Shown: in pieces, positions 12,927 to 23,400 of the stretch
Layout: each line of letters starts with the position of its first letter
Position numbering within the stretch: the first letter of the stretch is position 1
Origin: an uncultured Acidobacteriota bacterium
GTDB taxonomy: Bacteria; Acidobacteriota; UBA6911
Assembly (NCBI GenBank): GCA_963827655.1
Contig: CAWHCF010000022.1
Location: 224,001 to 288,000, forward strand
Direction of reading: 5' to 3'
DNA length: 64,000 nt
Translations under genes and position numbers: made by a program
The notes under the pieces: model-generated
Databases searched by the model: none
What the model was told of the DNA's origin: nothing
What the model saw: the letters and a program-made list of their open reading frames with translations, nothing else

Positions 12927-12960
12927 CGATTGACGATTTACGATTGACGATTGACGATTG
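12927..12960. repeat. Single-arm heptamer element E6 (GACGATT)n
   Basis: cgattgacgatttacgattgacgattgacgattg with no adjacent opposite arm. Confidence 0.9.
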
Positions 12961-12990
12961 AACTAGCGGCTTGGCGGTGGGGCGTCTGTC

Positions 12991-14715
12991 TTACCGCGGG
13001 CGAAGGATGAGTTCCCTTTGAGCGGCGGACCAGCCCAGCAGCCGCTGGGTGTACGGATCGATGCGCTCGGGAAAGCGGGCTGAAAGATCGTTTCGTTCTT
13101 CGGGATCCAACCTTAGATCGAAGAGCTTCGTTCGTCCCGCGCCCAGCTCGTAAATGAATTTCCATTCCCGATCGCGCAGGCCCAGGAATCCCAGAGAGTA
13201 GTCGGTGAAGAAGAGAGCCATTCGCTCCTGCGCCTCCAGCAAGGACTGACCCTGGTACGAAGCCGGGAGCGGAAGACCCAGCAGATCCAGTATTGTGGGC
13301 GCAATATCGATCAGGCTGGCTACCCGGCTTACGCGGCGAGCTTCGCAGACGCCAGGCGCCGCCAGGATGAAGGGCACACGCACATTTTCGTCGTACACGA
13401 GAAACGTGTGTCCATAATTACCTTCGTGCTGGCCGAAGGCCTCACCATGGTCACCGAAAATCACAAACAGGGTGTTTCGATCCCGGCGTCGTTGTGCCAA
13501 CCCCTCCAGGAGCGTCCCTAACGCCGCATCAGCATCGAAGAGCGCGTTTCGATAGCGGCCTGTCTCGTCGTGTTCCGGAAATGGACCCTCGCCTGATGAC
13601 TCATAGGGATGATGTCCCGCGATCGGAAGATAGGTGACGAAAAACGGCTGGTCCGCCGGGATCGCGTCAATCCAGGTGAGAATCCGGCGCACCGCGGACG
13701 TTTCGTCGATACCAAAGCTGGAGTCGTGCTCGCCTCCGATGTCACCCGCGTCCTCCAGCGTGTGGAAACCCCGATTGCGAATGATCGCATTCATCCCCAG
13801 GTACATGAATCGTCCCGAGTGGAACAGAGCGGTCCGGTATCCGGCGCCTGCAAGAACGGATGCAATCGAAGGATAATTCACGCCTTCGTAGGTCCGAGGC
13901 TCGGTGTCGACCGCAGGGTAGACCGAGCACAGCACGGAAAACAGACCCTTGATACTTTCGGGATAGACTGCGTAAGCGTTCTCGAAAAGTACTGCCTCAC
14001 GGGCCAGTCTGGTCAGGTGCGGCATTGGATCTTCAACCGCGCCATAGGGCCGCAGGTACCTGGCTCCGGCGGATTCGAGAATCACGAGGACGACGTTGCG
14101 ACCCGCGGCGGCGCCTCGATAGCTTGTAAGGTCTTCCGAGTCCCTGGTGCCGCCGGGACTCGCCCGCCACTCGGCGACAAGCCGTTTCGCTTCGACGCGC
14201 GGGACCGCGGTGGTAATGAGTACCGCTAAAACGTTGCGATCAAGCCCGAGGGTCTCGATGCGCCGGCTGGCGCTGATGCCGAACGGAACACAGATGAGCG
14301 CCACGACGGCCGACAGGGCAAAGACACGTGGCGGGACCCAGCGCGCCAGGAGCGGAAAGAGAGCGCCGGCAAGGAAAACCAGGAGAATCAGCGCCAGGTT
14401 CTCCCACCGCAAGTGGTACGCGATAGAGTCGGCGAGCGGCGCGCCGGCGGCGCGCAGCACCGGCCAGGTCAACGGTGTCGACAGCACGCGAGTCACCGGG
14501 ACGTTGATGGCCGTGTAAAGGACGATAGTCGCGTATGCGCTCCACGCAATTGAAGGTCGCCGCAGCCCGCGATCGATTGCGGCGAACAGAAGCGCAACCA
14601 GAAGGTCCTGCCAGAGATACGCTGCCGGCGTCCACAATGAAACGGGTATATCGCGCCCGGCCAGAATCAACATCTTCGCCAGCGCAAATACACCGAACAG
14701 GCTCGCAGCTCTCAC
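12991..14715 (-). CDS. Membrane-anchored LtaS/MdoB-like alkaline-phosphatase-superfamily transferase (sulfatase fold)
   Basis: About 5 N-terminal TM helices, NVVLVILES, GHHPY, FGDHGEAFGQH, DIAPTILDLLG; no CxPxR sulfatase motif. Confidence 0.75.
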   Translation of the reverse strand: MRAASLFGVFALAKMLILAGRDIPVSLWTPAAYLWQDLLVALLFAAIDRGLRRPSIAWSAYATIVLYTAINVPVTRVLSTPLTWPVLRAAGAPLADSIAYHLRWENLALILLVFLAGALFPLLARWVPPRVFALSAVVALICVPFGISASRRIETLGLDRNVLAVLITTAVPRVEAKRLVAEWRASPGGTRDSEDLTSYRGAAAGRNVVLVILESAGARYLRPYGAVEDPMPHLTRLAREAVLFENAYAVYPESIKGLFSVLCSVYPAVDTEPRTYEGVNYPSIASVLAGAGYRTALFHSGRFMYLGMNAIIRNRGFHTLEDAGDIGGEHDSSFGIDETSAVRRILTWIDAIPADQPFFVTYLPIAGHHPYESSGEGPFPEHDETGRYRNALFDADAALGTLLEGLAQRRRDRNTLFVIFGDHGEAFGQHEGNYGHTFLVYDENVRVPFILAAPGVCEARRVSRVASLIDIAPTILDLLGLPLPASYQGQSLLEAQERMALFFTDYSLGFLGLRDREWKFIYELGAGRTKLFDLRLDPEERNDLSARFPERIDPYTQRLLGWSAAQRELILRPR

Positions 14716-15838
14716 CGAAGCACCAGATTCAGCCGCTTGAGCAGAAAGACAGATATTAGCGCGGTGGTTGGGTGCCGGCGCCAGATCCAGTCATGAATTA
14801 CTACCGCGGAGACGGGAGGATGGCGGTACAGCGAAGCCCGATCGCCAACATAGGAAAGCGGGATCACGAGCAAATCGAAACCGGCATGCTGTCTGGAGTC
14901 GTAGCGAGCGTTGATGAAATCCACTTCCCTATCCAGAAACCCGCGCGCCAGCGTAATGTTATGGGCGCTTGCATCTATGACGACAAACCGGGCCTCCGGC
15001 AAGAGACGCTGGAGAATCAGAACCGTTCGAGGAAACAAGCCTCCGCCTACAATGGCCACGTCGCTGACTGCGGGCAGCTTCGGCAGCAGCCGCCGGAAAG
15101 CTCGCTCGTGTCTGGCCAGCACGAATTTCTGAAGCGCCGGGGAACATAAAACCCGCCGCTCCAGCGACTCGAGCCTAGCTGCATCGAGCCAGCGCAGCAC
15201 GGCCGGCCATCGGCTGGCCGGCGTTGTCTCCAAGCGGTGTACCGGCAGCCGCGACCAGTGGATGCCAGGATTCGCATGATGCTCGGCATGGTAACCATCA
15301 TTGAAAAACAGAAGGTTGTAGAGCCTGCCTGTGTGATTGATGATCCCGAGCTCGTGCTCGTAGTAACCGTGCACGGCGCAGAGTGCAAGGCCGGCGGCGT
15401 ACCCGGGCAGATAAACCGACAGGAAAAAAACGGGCGCCAGGTTCAGCATTGCAATCCAGATCGAAGCCACCAGCCCGATCTCGATGAACGCCTCCGGACT
15501 CGCTCTGAAGCGCCACGGCGGCCGGCATGATGCGCCAGATGTCTTTCGCGCCAGATCGACTGCGGGATGCCGAGCAACAGGCTGAGGTAAGACGAGAAAA
15601 GCGCATTCAACCAGCGGCTGCGGAAGAAGGGATTGTGAATGAAATTATGAGAAATGGTGTTCGAGTTCCACCAGACCCCGAGAGCCACGACCGGCGCGAA
15701 CGGCGCCAGCATCAGGACAACGCCATGAATTCCGGCCAGAACGATGAAGATTCCGTCCGGCTCGTGAACCACCAGGGGTCGAAGACACCAGGACATCAGG
15801 AGACTTCCTTCGTGTCTTCGTGACATAGCGGTTAGCAT
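14712..15838 (-). CDS. Fatty-acid desaturase-like His-box membrane protein fused to a Rossmann/SAM-like domain; frameshift near 15520; true start possibly GTG near 15772
   Basis: His boxes HNFIH, RHLAHH, YHAEHH; C-terminal VAIVGGGLFPRT...FVVIDAS. Confidence 0.65.
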
Positions 15839-15854
15839 CGGCGGCTCTGGTCAA

Positions 15855-16087
15855 GGGTTCGCGCAGAAATAAGTTCGCATTCTGCTGCAGGCCCCCAGGC
15901 CCGCTGGCGAGGCGCGAGCGACGATGCGTACCCGGTGCGGTACGTGAGGAGCGAGCAACAAAGCCAGCGGGCCTGCGGGCCGCAGCCCGAAGGGGCGCGA
16001 TCCTCAGCATGCTTAGCAAACAGAAACCGGTTCATGATTGACCACCGACCCTCGCGCCAGAATGTGAAGTTATTTCTGCGCGAGCCC
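15855..16087. mobile_element. MITE-like non-autonomous element, copy 1 (233 bp)
   Basis: Terminal inverted repeats GGGTTCGCGCAGAAATAA / TTATTTCTGCGCGAGCCC; near-identical copy at 46301. Confidence 0.9.
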
Positions 16088-16545
16088 TAAGATCTTCTCA
16101 GCGCCAACAGCTCTTTGACGGCGGGGTTGCTGGTATCGACCCTCATCTTTTGCATTCCGAACCCGATCGGATAGGCGTCCGGTGAGGCCGGCTTTTCCTC
16201 CGGCTTTCGGATCCGGCCGGTAGGAATGTACCGGCCGCCAAAGCCCACGCACTGGGAGGTTCCTGCGACTCTCTTCAGATCGGCAAACTCCTTCCTCGAA
16301 GCATCCGGCTCGTTTTTATTGAGCTCGTAGTACATGTATCCTCGCACCGGCGATTCATAGATCTCGCCCCGACCCGTCGCGAGGCTGAACGCTCCCCAAA
16401 TCTGAATGCGCTCAGGTGCTGCGTCATTCGGCTCGAGGACCACTTTGTCAACCAGCGCATAGATACCTACGGGATCGCTGGCCATTGCCGGTAGACTCAG
16501 CCCGAGAATCGCCATCACGGTTGCTGCGAATCGAATGCCGTTCAT
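16087..16545 (-). CDS. Secreted hypothetical protein
   Basis: Signal peptide MNGIRFAATVMAILGLSLPAMA; GGAGG upstream; stop codon at the MITE end. Confidence 0.8.
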   Translation of the reverse strand: MNGIRFAATVMAILGLSLPAMASDPVGIYALVDKVVLEPNDAAPERIQIWGAFSLATGRGEIYESPVRGYMYYELNKNEPDASRKEFADLKRVAGTSQCVGFGGRYIPTGRIRKPEEKPASPDAYPIGFGMQKMRVDTSNPAVKELLALRRS

Positions 16546-16686
16546 AGAAAGACCTCCGGGGTTGATTAACTTCGTTCGGTCATTCTAGACGACCGCGCCA
16601 GCGCGAACGTTAACCTGAAATTTTTAAATCGACGCCTGCGAATGATGTAGATTGGTGGTTACGGTTCGAGTCCAGCGTTACCGGAC

Positions 16687-16795
16687 ATGACAAATGAAAA
16701 ATGACAAATGACCAATGTGGGCAGTCTTACGGATCCCGTGCCAGCCGGCCGGCTTCCCATTTGTCATTTTTCATTTTTCATCTTTCATTTGTCAT
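16687..16795. repeat. Palindromic heptamer element, (ATGACAA/ATGAAAA)n...(TTGTCAT/TTTTCAT)n
   Basis: Visible upstream of ndh. Confidence 0.9.
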
Positions 16796-16834
16796 TCCTT
16801 GAATTCACCGTTCGAGAAGTACACGCTTGGGACG

Positions 16835-18196
16835 ATGAAAGCACCCACGCCCGAGAATAATCGTACGCCCGGACCCCAGGATCCGTCGCTTCCTCGAGTC
16901 GTCATCATCGGAGCCGGCTTCGGCGGATTAGCTGCGGCTCGTTCACTCAGGCGAATGAAGGCGCAGATCACGGTTGTTGATCGCCGCAACCACCACCTGT
17001 TTCAGCCGCTTCTTTACCAGGTCGCAATCGCCGGCCTCTCGCCCGCCGATATAGCGGCGCCCATCCGTTCAATCCTTCGCCGGCAAAGGAATGCTACGGT
17101 TCTGCTGGCCGAGGCAATCGGCTTCAATCTTGCTGACCGGGTTGTCGTCTTGAACGACGGCAACCTCGAATACGATTACCTGATTCTCGCCACCGGCGGC
17201 CGGACCAGCTACTTCGGCAACGATCATTGGGAAACCTACGCCCCCGGCTTGAAAGATCTGGATGACGCGGTCGAGATCCGGCGCCGGGTTCTGCTCGCCT
17301 TTGAAGCTGCAGAACGGGAACCCGATTCGGCGCGGCGACGCGAGCTACTGACTTTCGTGGTGGTCGGGGGCGGTCCCACGGGCGTCGAACTGGCGGGAGC
17401 CATTGCGGAGTTATCGCGCTTCGTGCTGGCCTCCGATTTTCGCTGCATCGATCCGCGAGAAACCGAGATCCTGCTGGTTGAGGCCAGCGACGGCATCCTT
17501 GACACATTCCCGCGCGATCTTTCTCGCAGCGCCCAGGCGCAGCTCCAGCGACTGGGCGTGAAAATACGGCTCGGCTCAAGGGTAACCAACGTCACCGAAG
17601 CGGGGGTTCACCTCGGAGAGGCCTTGATTCGAACGGCGACTGTGATCTGGAGCGCGGGTGTCCGCTCAACCTCTCTGACCGAGCGGCTCGGGGTTCCCCT
17701 CGATCGAGCCGGGCGCGTTCTGGTTGAACCCGATCTTACTCTGCCCGGACATAAGGAGGTCTTCGCGATCGGCGACATGGCCTCATTTCTGCACCAGAAC
17801 GGGAAGCCGCTGCCTGGGATCAGCCCGGTGGCGATCCAGATGGGCAAGTGCGCCGCGCGCAACATCCGGCGTTCGATCGAAGGAAAGCCGCGCGAACCCT
17901 TCCACTACTTCGACCGGGGGACCATGGCTACGATCGGGCGCTCCGCCGGTATCGCCGATGTAGGCAAATTGCATCTCAGCGGTTTCATCGCCTGGCTCGC
18001 CTGGCTCCTGGTTCACATTTACTTCCTGATCGGCTTCCGAAATCGAATCGTTGTGCTTTTCAACTGGGCTTGGTCCTATTTTACTTACCAGCGGGGCGCT
18101 CGGCTGATCACCGGCCGCAGGTTAGGCGTGCTGCCGTCATCAGTACCTCGAGACTCACAAGCCCCGGATAACGAAGGTGAATACATGGTGCGGTGA
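16835..18196 (+). CDS. ndh: Type II NADH dehydrogenase (FAD-dependent)
   Basis: VVIIGAGFGG, NHHLFQPLLYQVA, VVVGGGPTGVELAG, GTMATIGR. Start reassigned to ATG 16835. Confidence 0.9.
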   Translation: MKAPTPENNRTPGPQDPSLPRVVIIGAGFGGLAAARSLRRMKAQITVVDRRNHHLFQPLLYQVAIAGLSPADIAAPIRSILRRQRNATVLLAEAIGFNLADRVVVLNDGNLEYDYLILATGGRTSYFGNDHWETYAPGLKDLDDAVEIRRRVLLAFEAAEREPDSARRRELLTFVVVGGGPTGVELAGAIAELSRFVLASDFRCIDPRETEILLVEASDGILDTFPRDLSRSAQAQLQRLGVKIRLGSRVTNVTEAGVHLGEALIRTATVIWSAGVRSTSLTERLGVPLDRAGRVLVEPDLTLPGHKEVFAIGDMASFLHQNGKPLPGISPVAIQMGKCAARNIRRSIEGKPREPFHYFDRGTMATIGRSAGIADVGKLHLSGFIAWLAWLLVHIYFLIGFRNRIVVLFNWAWSYFTYQRGARLITGRRLGVLPSSVPRDSQAPDNEGEYMVR

Positions 18197-18282
18197 AGCC
18201 CAAGAAGCGCGATTTTAGCTCGGGCCAAACTGAGAATTTATCCCTCAGGTTGCTATTGTGAACACCCGTTGCGTAGCAGGCA

Positions 18283-18385
18283 AGCTGTCAGCGCTCAGCC
18301 CTCAGCGCCAGCGCACCATCGAGGTGAAACGCATGCCGACCGCACTCATCCAAAGCTGAACGCTGACCGCTGATCGCTGAAAGCT
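18283..18385. repeat. Degenerate palindromic heptamer element, (TCAGC..)n...(GCTGA..)n
   Basis: agctgtcagcgctcagccctcagc ... gctgaacgctgaccgctgatcgctgaaagct. Confidence 0.8.
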
Positions 18386-18434
18386 CAAGATTTCAAGTAT
18401 CCGTGGCTGTTTTTAGTAAATTATTAGGTTTCTG

Positions 18435-19445
18435 ATGCAAGAAGGCCACTACCCAGACGCAAAAACACCCGGAGCCGTCCTCTTGATGTTGGGTGTCTTT
18501 TTGTCCCTGCGTCTTTGTGGCTATGCTGAAGACCGCGATCATTACGAGATACGCGGGAAAATAATCCAGCAAGACCGGAAGGGTGGCCGACAGGCGCTGC
18601 CTCTGGTTTTCATCCATGGTTCCGTTACGCCCTATACCGCCCGCACAGTTGCCGATGCCGGCGGAAACTTCAAATTCAAGGAGTTGCGTCCGGGAACTTA
18701 TACGCTCGTCGTTGCCGTGCCGCGGCAGGGAGAAAAGCAGCAGACGATCGACGTGGGTCCGACCCTCGCCGATTCAAAAGGACGGGTCGATGTGACCATT
18801 CAGTTTGAGCGCAGACTTCCTTCGGAAGAGTCTCGTGCCGTCGCCGCCACACAACTGTCCGTTCCTGACAGGGCGCGAAGGGAGTATGAAAAGGCGCAGG
18901 AACGTTTGGGACAGCATGACGTTCCGGGTGCGATCCAATATCTCAAGAATGCTCTGGATCTGGCTCCGCAGTTTTCGGCCGCGTGGAATAATCTTGGAAC
19001 TATTGCTTATCAATCGGGTGAATACGGAAACGCCGAGAAGCACTTTCGCGAAGCGCTGCGCCACGACCCGGATTCTTATGCGCCGCTGGTGAACCTTGGC
19101 GGGGCGCTTCTCTCGTTGAACCGGCCCGAAGAGGCTCTGCCGATTAATCTCGAGGCCGTGAAAGAGCGGCCCGACGACGCGCTGGCGCACTCACAGCTGG
19201 GGCAGAGTTATCTCCGGGTTGGCCAGATCGAACCGGCCGAGCAACACCTGAAGCAGGCCAAGGCCCTCGACGTCCGGCATTTCTCCTTTCCTCAGCTGGT
19301 GCTGGCGGAGATCTACGCGCGCAAGGAGGACTATGCGGCGTTCGTCTCCGAACTGGAGGAGTTTCTGCGCTATCACCCCGATTCGAAGCTCGTTCCCGGC
19401 GTCAGTCAAGCCTTGGAAAAAGTCCGGGCGACGATCAACCGGTAG
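18435..19445 (+). CDS. Carboxypeptidase-regulatory-like domain + TPR protein
   Basis: DAGGNFKFKELRPGTYTL; TPR motifs AWNNLGTIAY, PLVNLGGAL, AHSQLGQSY. Confidence 0.85.
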   Translation: MQEGHYPDAKTPGAVLLMLGVFLSLRLCGYAEDRDHYEIRGKIIQQDRKGGRQALPLVFIHGSVTPYTARTVADAGGNFKFKELRPGTYTLVVAVPRQGEKQQTIDVGPTLADSKGRVDVTIQFERRLPSEESRAVAATQLSVPDRARREYEKAQERLGQHDVPGAIQYLKNALDLAPQFSAAWNNLGTIAYQSGEYGNAEKHFREALRHDPDSYAPLVNLGGALLSLNRPEEALPINLEAVKERPDDALAHSQLGQSYLRVGQIEPAEQHLKQAKALDVRHFSFPQLVLAEIYARKEDYAAFVSELEEFLRYHPDSKLVPGVSQALEKVRATINR

Positions 19446-19671
19446 CGGTGATGGCCCGCACGGACTATCCGCTCGACCACTCACAGAGCCGGGGAAAAAT
19501 GCCCTGCCTTTGTATTCGATCCGGCTCTCCAAACGTTTTTGGGTACCTGCTCCTTGTCAACTAATCCCAAACGTCGCTAAGATTTATCTTGAGGTTGACT
19601 CTCAGGTACACCGTTTGCTCTCCGTAAAAAGGTATTCCTGCACGCAGTCAACGAGAATAAGGAGGCAAGTG

Positions 19672-20347
19672 ATGCTGCGAAGCAATCTTCTGAGACTTGG
19701 AATTTTGTCGTTCCTGGCATTGAGCCAGCTCCTCCCCGTGATTGCAGAGGATAAGCTGGGCCGGGCGGTGGAGCTGTACGAATCCAAGAAATACTCTGAA
19801 GCCGAGGCGGCTTTACGCGAAGTGCTGGCCGAGGAGGCTGGTAATTCTCGCGCCCGTCACACGCTTGGGTTAACCTTGCTGGCGCTCAAAAACTACGGAG
19901 AGGCCGCAAATGAACTCCAAAAAGCTGTCGAGGCCGGTGGGGCGAGCGACACACTTCAGGTGGATCTGGCCCGCGCTTATGTGGAGCTCAAGGAGTGGGA
20001 CAAAGCCGAGGCCGCTTTGAGAGCAGCTGAAGAAATCAAGTCAGACAATCCGGATATCTACTACTATCGCGGAATGGTCGGCTGCGGCGCGCAAAGATTA
20101 CGCCGCATCAGTCGCAGGGTTCGAAAAGGCGATCGAACTCAACCCCTCCCATGCCTACGCGCACTACTATGCCGGACTCGCTTATAACGCCCTCAGGCGG
20201 AGTGACAAAACCGTGCAGCATTTCGCCATCTTTCTCAAGCTCGCCCCTGATGCGCCTGAGGCCAAGAAGGTGGAGTCGCTGCTTCGTGTCGCTTCGGTAG
20301 ACCTGATCTTTGCGTCATCGCAGCTCGCGACCCCCAGGACTCGTTGA
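19672..20347 (+). CDS. Secreted TPR protein; frameshift near 20080; 3' end uncertain (20300-20347)
   Basis: GGAGG RBS at 19661; MLRSNLLRLGILSFLALSQ signal; TPR continues AHYYAGLAYN in the shifted frame. Confidence 0.75.
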
Positions 20348-20416
20348 TCCTTCGTTCTTTGCATCGTAGTGGATCGTGTTGCAGCGAAAACCGGGAAGAC
20401 GCTCACGAAGAGTGAC

Positions 20417-23400
20417 ATGAAGCAGTCGAGACGAAAGCTGATCGCCGTCATTGGCGGAGCAGTGATCTTGATCGTGATCATTGCGATTGTCTTGCTGCAC
20501 ACGCCGGCTGCCAACCGCTACGCTCTCGGAATACTTCAAGATCTGCTTCGCCGTGATTTCGGGATTGAGCTGAAGGCCTCCCGCGTGCGGTATAACGCCC
20601 TCCGGCTGTCGGTCAGGCCTGGATCAGGTCGCACTGGGGGCGACTGCAGCACCTGATCTGCCTCCTTTCCTCCAGGTTGAACGAGCCGATTTCCGGCTCA
20701 GCTTGCCGCGGCTTCTTGCCGGTATTCCCGCCATCAGCGCCGCCCGTCTCGACGGGGTGAAAGTACATTACCTGCTGACAGAAGATGGCAGGAGCAATAT
20801 CCCTCGGGATCCCAAGGCGAAACCCTTCGAAGAGTTGCCGGACTTCCTGATTGCCGAATTGGAAGCGCCCGCCGGCTCATTGCTCTTCGAGGACCGGCAG
20901 TCCCGGCTGAAGATCGAAATTCCGCGCTGGAAGCTGGGGGTAAATGGGAATCCCGCAACTCTTGCCCATCGTCTTGTCTTCGAAGCGGAGGAGGCCGGAA
21001 CGGCCAATTACCAGGGACACGCCCTCCCTGTCGAAAAACTAGAGTTAACCGCAACCATCAAGAAGAAGGATCTCGCCCTGGAGAAACTTCACCTCCGCCT
21101 GGGAAACTCGGAAATCTCCGGCTCCGGCTCTCTCGAAGATTTCGCGAGGCCATCCCTGAACTTCAATATCGAGCCGAATCTGGACCTGAGCCAGCTTGCC
21201 GAGCTCGCGGAAATCGGCGTAAAAACCGCGAGGGAGAGTCCGAGGCAAGACCTCGGTTACAGGGCGCCTCGACGACATTCAGATCTCCGGGGATATCGAA
21301 GGAGACGGGATCGCCGCGGCAGGCTACACGCAGATCGGCTTCAACGCTCGAGCGCATTGGAGCAGCAAGGCCGAACAGCTCCGGCTGGACGCGTTTTCCG
21401 CCCGGTCTCCGAAAGGGCAAGTGGAAGGAAAGGGCGCGCTGGCCTTGAATCCAACCGGAGACAGCCGTCTCGACGCTCGAATTCAAGACCTCGATCTGGA
21501 ACCTGCGATCCGGCATTTCGCGCTGCCGGTCCAGGTGTCGAGCCGCGCCAGTGCGAACGTCCGGGCGCAATGGAAAGGACTCGACTTCTCCAGCCTGTCG
21601 GCGGATTCACGATTCAGCCTGGTTCCGGCTCGCTCGACGCCAGGCCCCAACGTCCTGCCGCTTGCGGCGACCGGATCGTTGAAGTCGGCAAACGACCGAA
21701 TCGCAGTTTCGATTGAATCGGCGCGCTTGCTTGGCTCCAGCGTGAGCGGACAGGTGGTGATAAGGTCACTCGAGCACATCGAAGGCGAACTCCGCGGTCA
21801 CGTAGATCAAGTCGAGCAGCTCATGGCCGAAGTGTCAAACTTTCTGGGCCGCAATCCGGACCAGCCTCTGGCCGGCGTGGAGATCACGAGGGAGCGCGGA
21901 TTTTACGGCCCGCCTCCAGGGGAGGGTGGAAAACCCGACCGTCATCGGATCTCTCGAAACCCAGGATCTCGCAGTCGGGGGAATCGAAGGCGCAAGCCTG
22001 AAGGCTGACACCGAGATCACGCGGTCCGGGATAGTCTTGCGAGAAGCTGTGGCGCAACTCAATGACCAGAAGGTCTATGCCGAGGGATTCATAGGGCTGG
22101 AGGGCAGCAGCCCGCCGCTGAAGATTGATGCGCGCGTCGAGCAAGGATCTATTGCCGCAGTTCTGTCGGCGTTGCAAATCGAGATCCCGGCCGAGGGAAA
22201 CTTCAAGGGTGAGGCCCACCTCGGCGGGACGATGACGCATCCTATCGGGAACGCGACTTTCTCAGGTTCTGAACTCAGTCTTCATGGCGAACCGCTTGGG
22301 AACGCTGACTGCGGAAATTCGAGTCGACGGGCAAAGGGTGGAGACCACCCGCCTCCTCCTGGAAAAAACTCCCGGCGACGCCACGGAGGACTCGCTTCAG
22401 GGCAAGGGTGAATACGATATCGGTTCCGGCCGATTCTCATTTGAGGCCGCCGGGAAGGATCTGAAAATCGAAACTCTGAAGCTGCCGGATGAGACGCCGG
22501 TGAGCGGGCAGGTGAACCTGTCGGCGTCCGGGACAGGAACCTTCGACAGTCCCTCGGTCGATCTCAAGCTGCAGGCGACCGATGTCGAGATTCGCGAGCA
22601 GCTGGTGGGTACGCTGGATGCCACCGCCGCGCTCAGGAACCAGCAGGCTCTTATCGAAGTCCGCGCGCCACGCCTGAACCTGGCCTCCAACGCGCGTATC
22701 GAGACCCGCGCTCCCTATCCTATCGAATTCGAGCTGAAGGCAAGCGATTCGGACCTCTCGCTGCTGGCTGTTCCGATTGGTCCCGGGCAGACGCTGGCCG
22801 GGAGCCTCGACGCAACCATCAGCGGCTCGGGAAACCTGGACTCGATTAAACAAGCCGCGCTGTCGGCCGAGATCCGCAAAATCCGGCTCGCCGCGCTCGA
22901 TCGGGAGGTTCGGAACCAGGCTCCAATCAAGCTTGCCTATCGAGATGGCACACTCAGAATCGATCCTGCAATTATCGTTTCAAACAACGCCGAGATAGAA
23001 GTAGCCGGAGCCGTACCGCTCGAGGAGCAAGCCGGGCGTGGGTCTCTGAGCGTCAAAGGCTATTTGGACCTGGCCGAAGTGTTTCCCTTCATTGATGAGC
23101 CGGAAGGACTCTATGCCGCGGGAAGGCTGAATCTGAATCTGGTGCTGGAAGGAACCCTGCGGCGGATGGGGCTTGCTGGAGGCATTACTCTGACCGAGGG
23201 CTTTTTCCATTATCCTTATATCCGAATGCCGCTCACCGACATCGTCGTGGATCTCAAGATCGAGAATGGCATGCTCCTCCTGACTCAGGCGCAGGGACTC
23301 TGGGGGTCCGGGAAGCTCTCACTGAGCGGCGAGATGCCGCTGGAGCTTGTTGCAGCCCAGCTTCCGTTCGAACTCGAAAAAACCGGAAAGCCCGCCCGCT

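Noticed and set aside
1256-12960. CRISPR array
   Set aside because: Repeats are 7-mer tandem palindromes separated by ~2.7-kb genes; there are no regular 30-40 bp spacers and no cas genes.
12991-14715. True arylsulfatase
   Set aside because: Lacks the C/S-x-P-x-R formylglycine motif; the TM-anchored LtaS-like call fits better.
15645-16035. ORFs 15645..16019, 15832..16035 and similar ones at 46157..46480
   Set aside because: They are translations of the MITE and show no transposase motifs.
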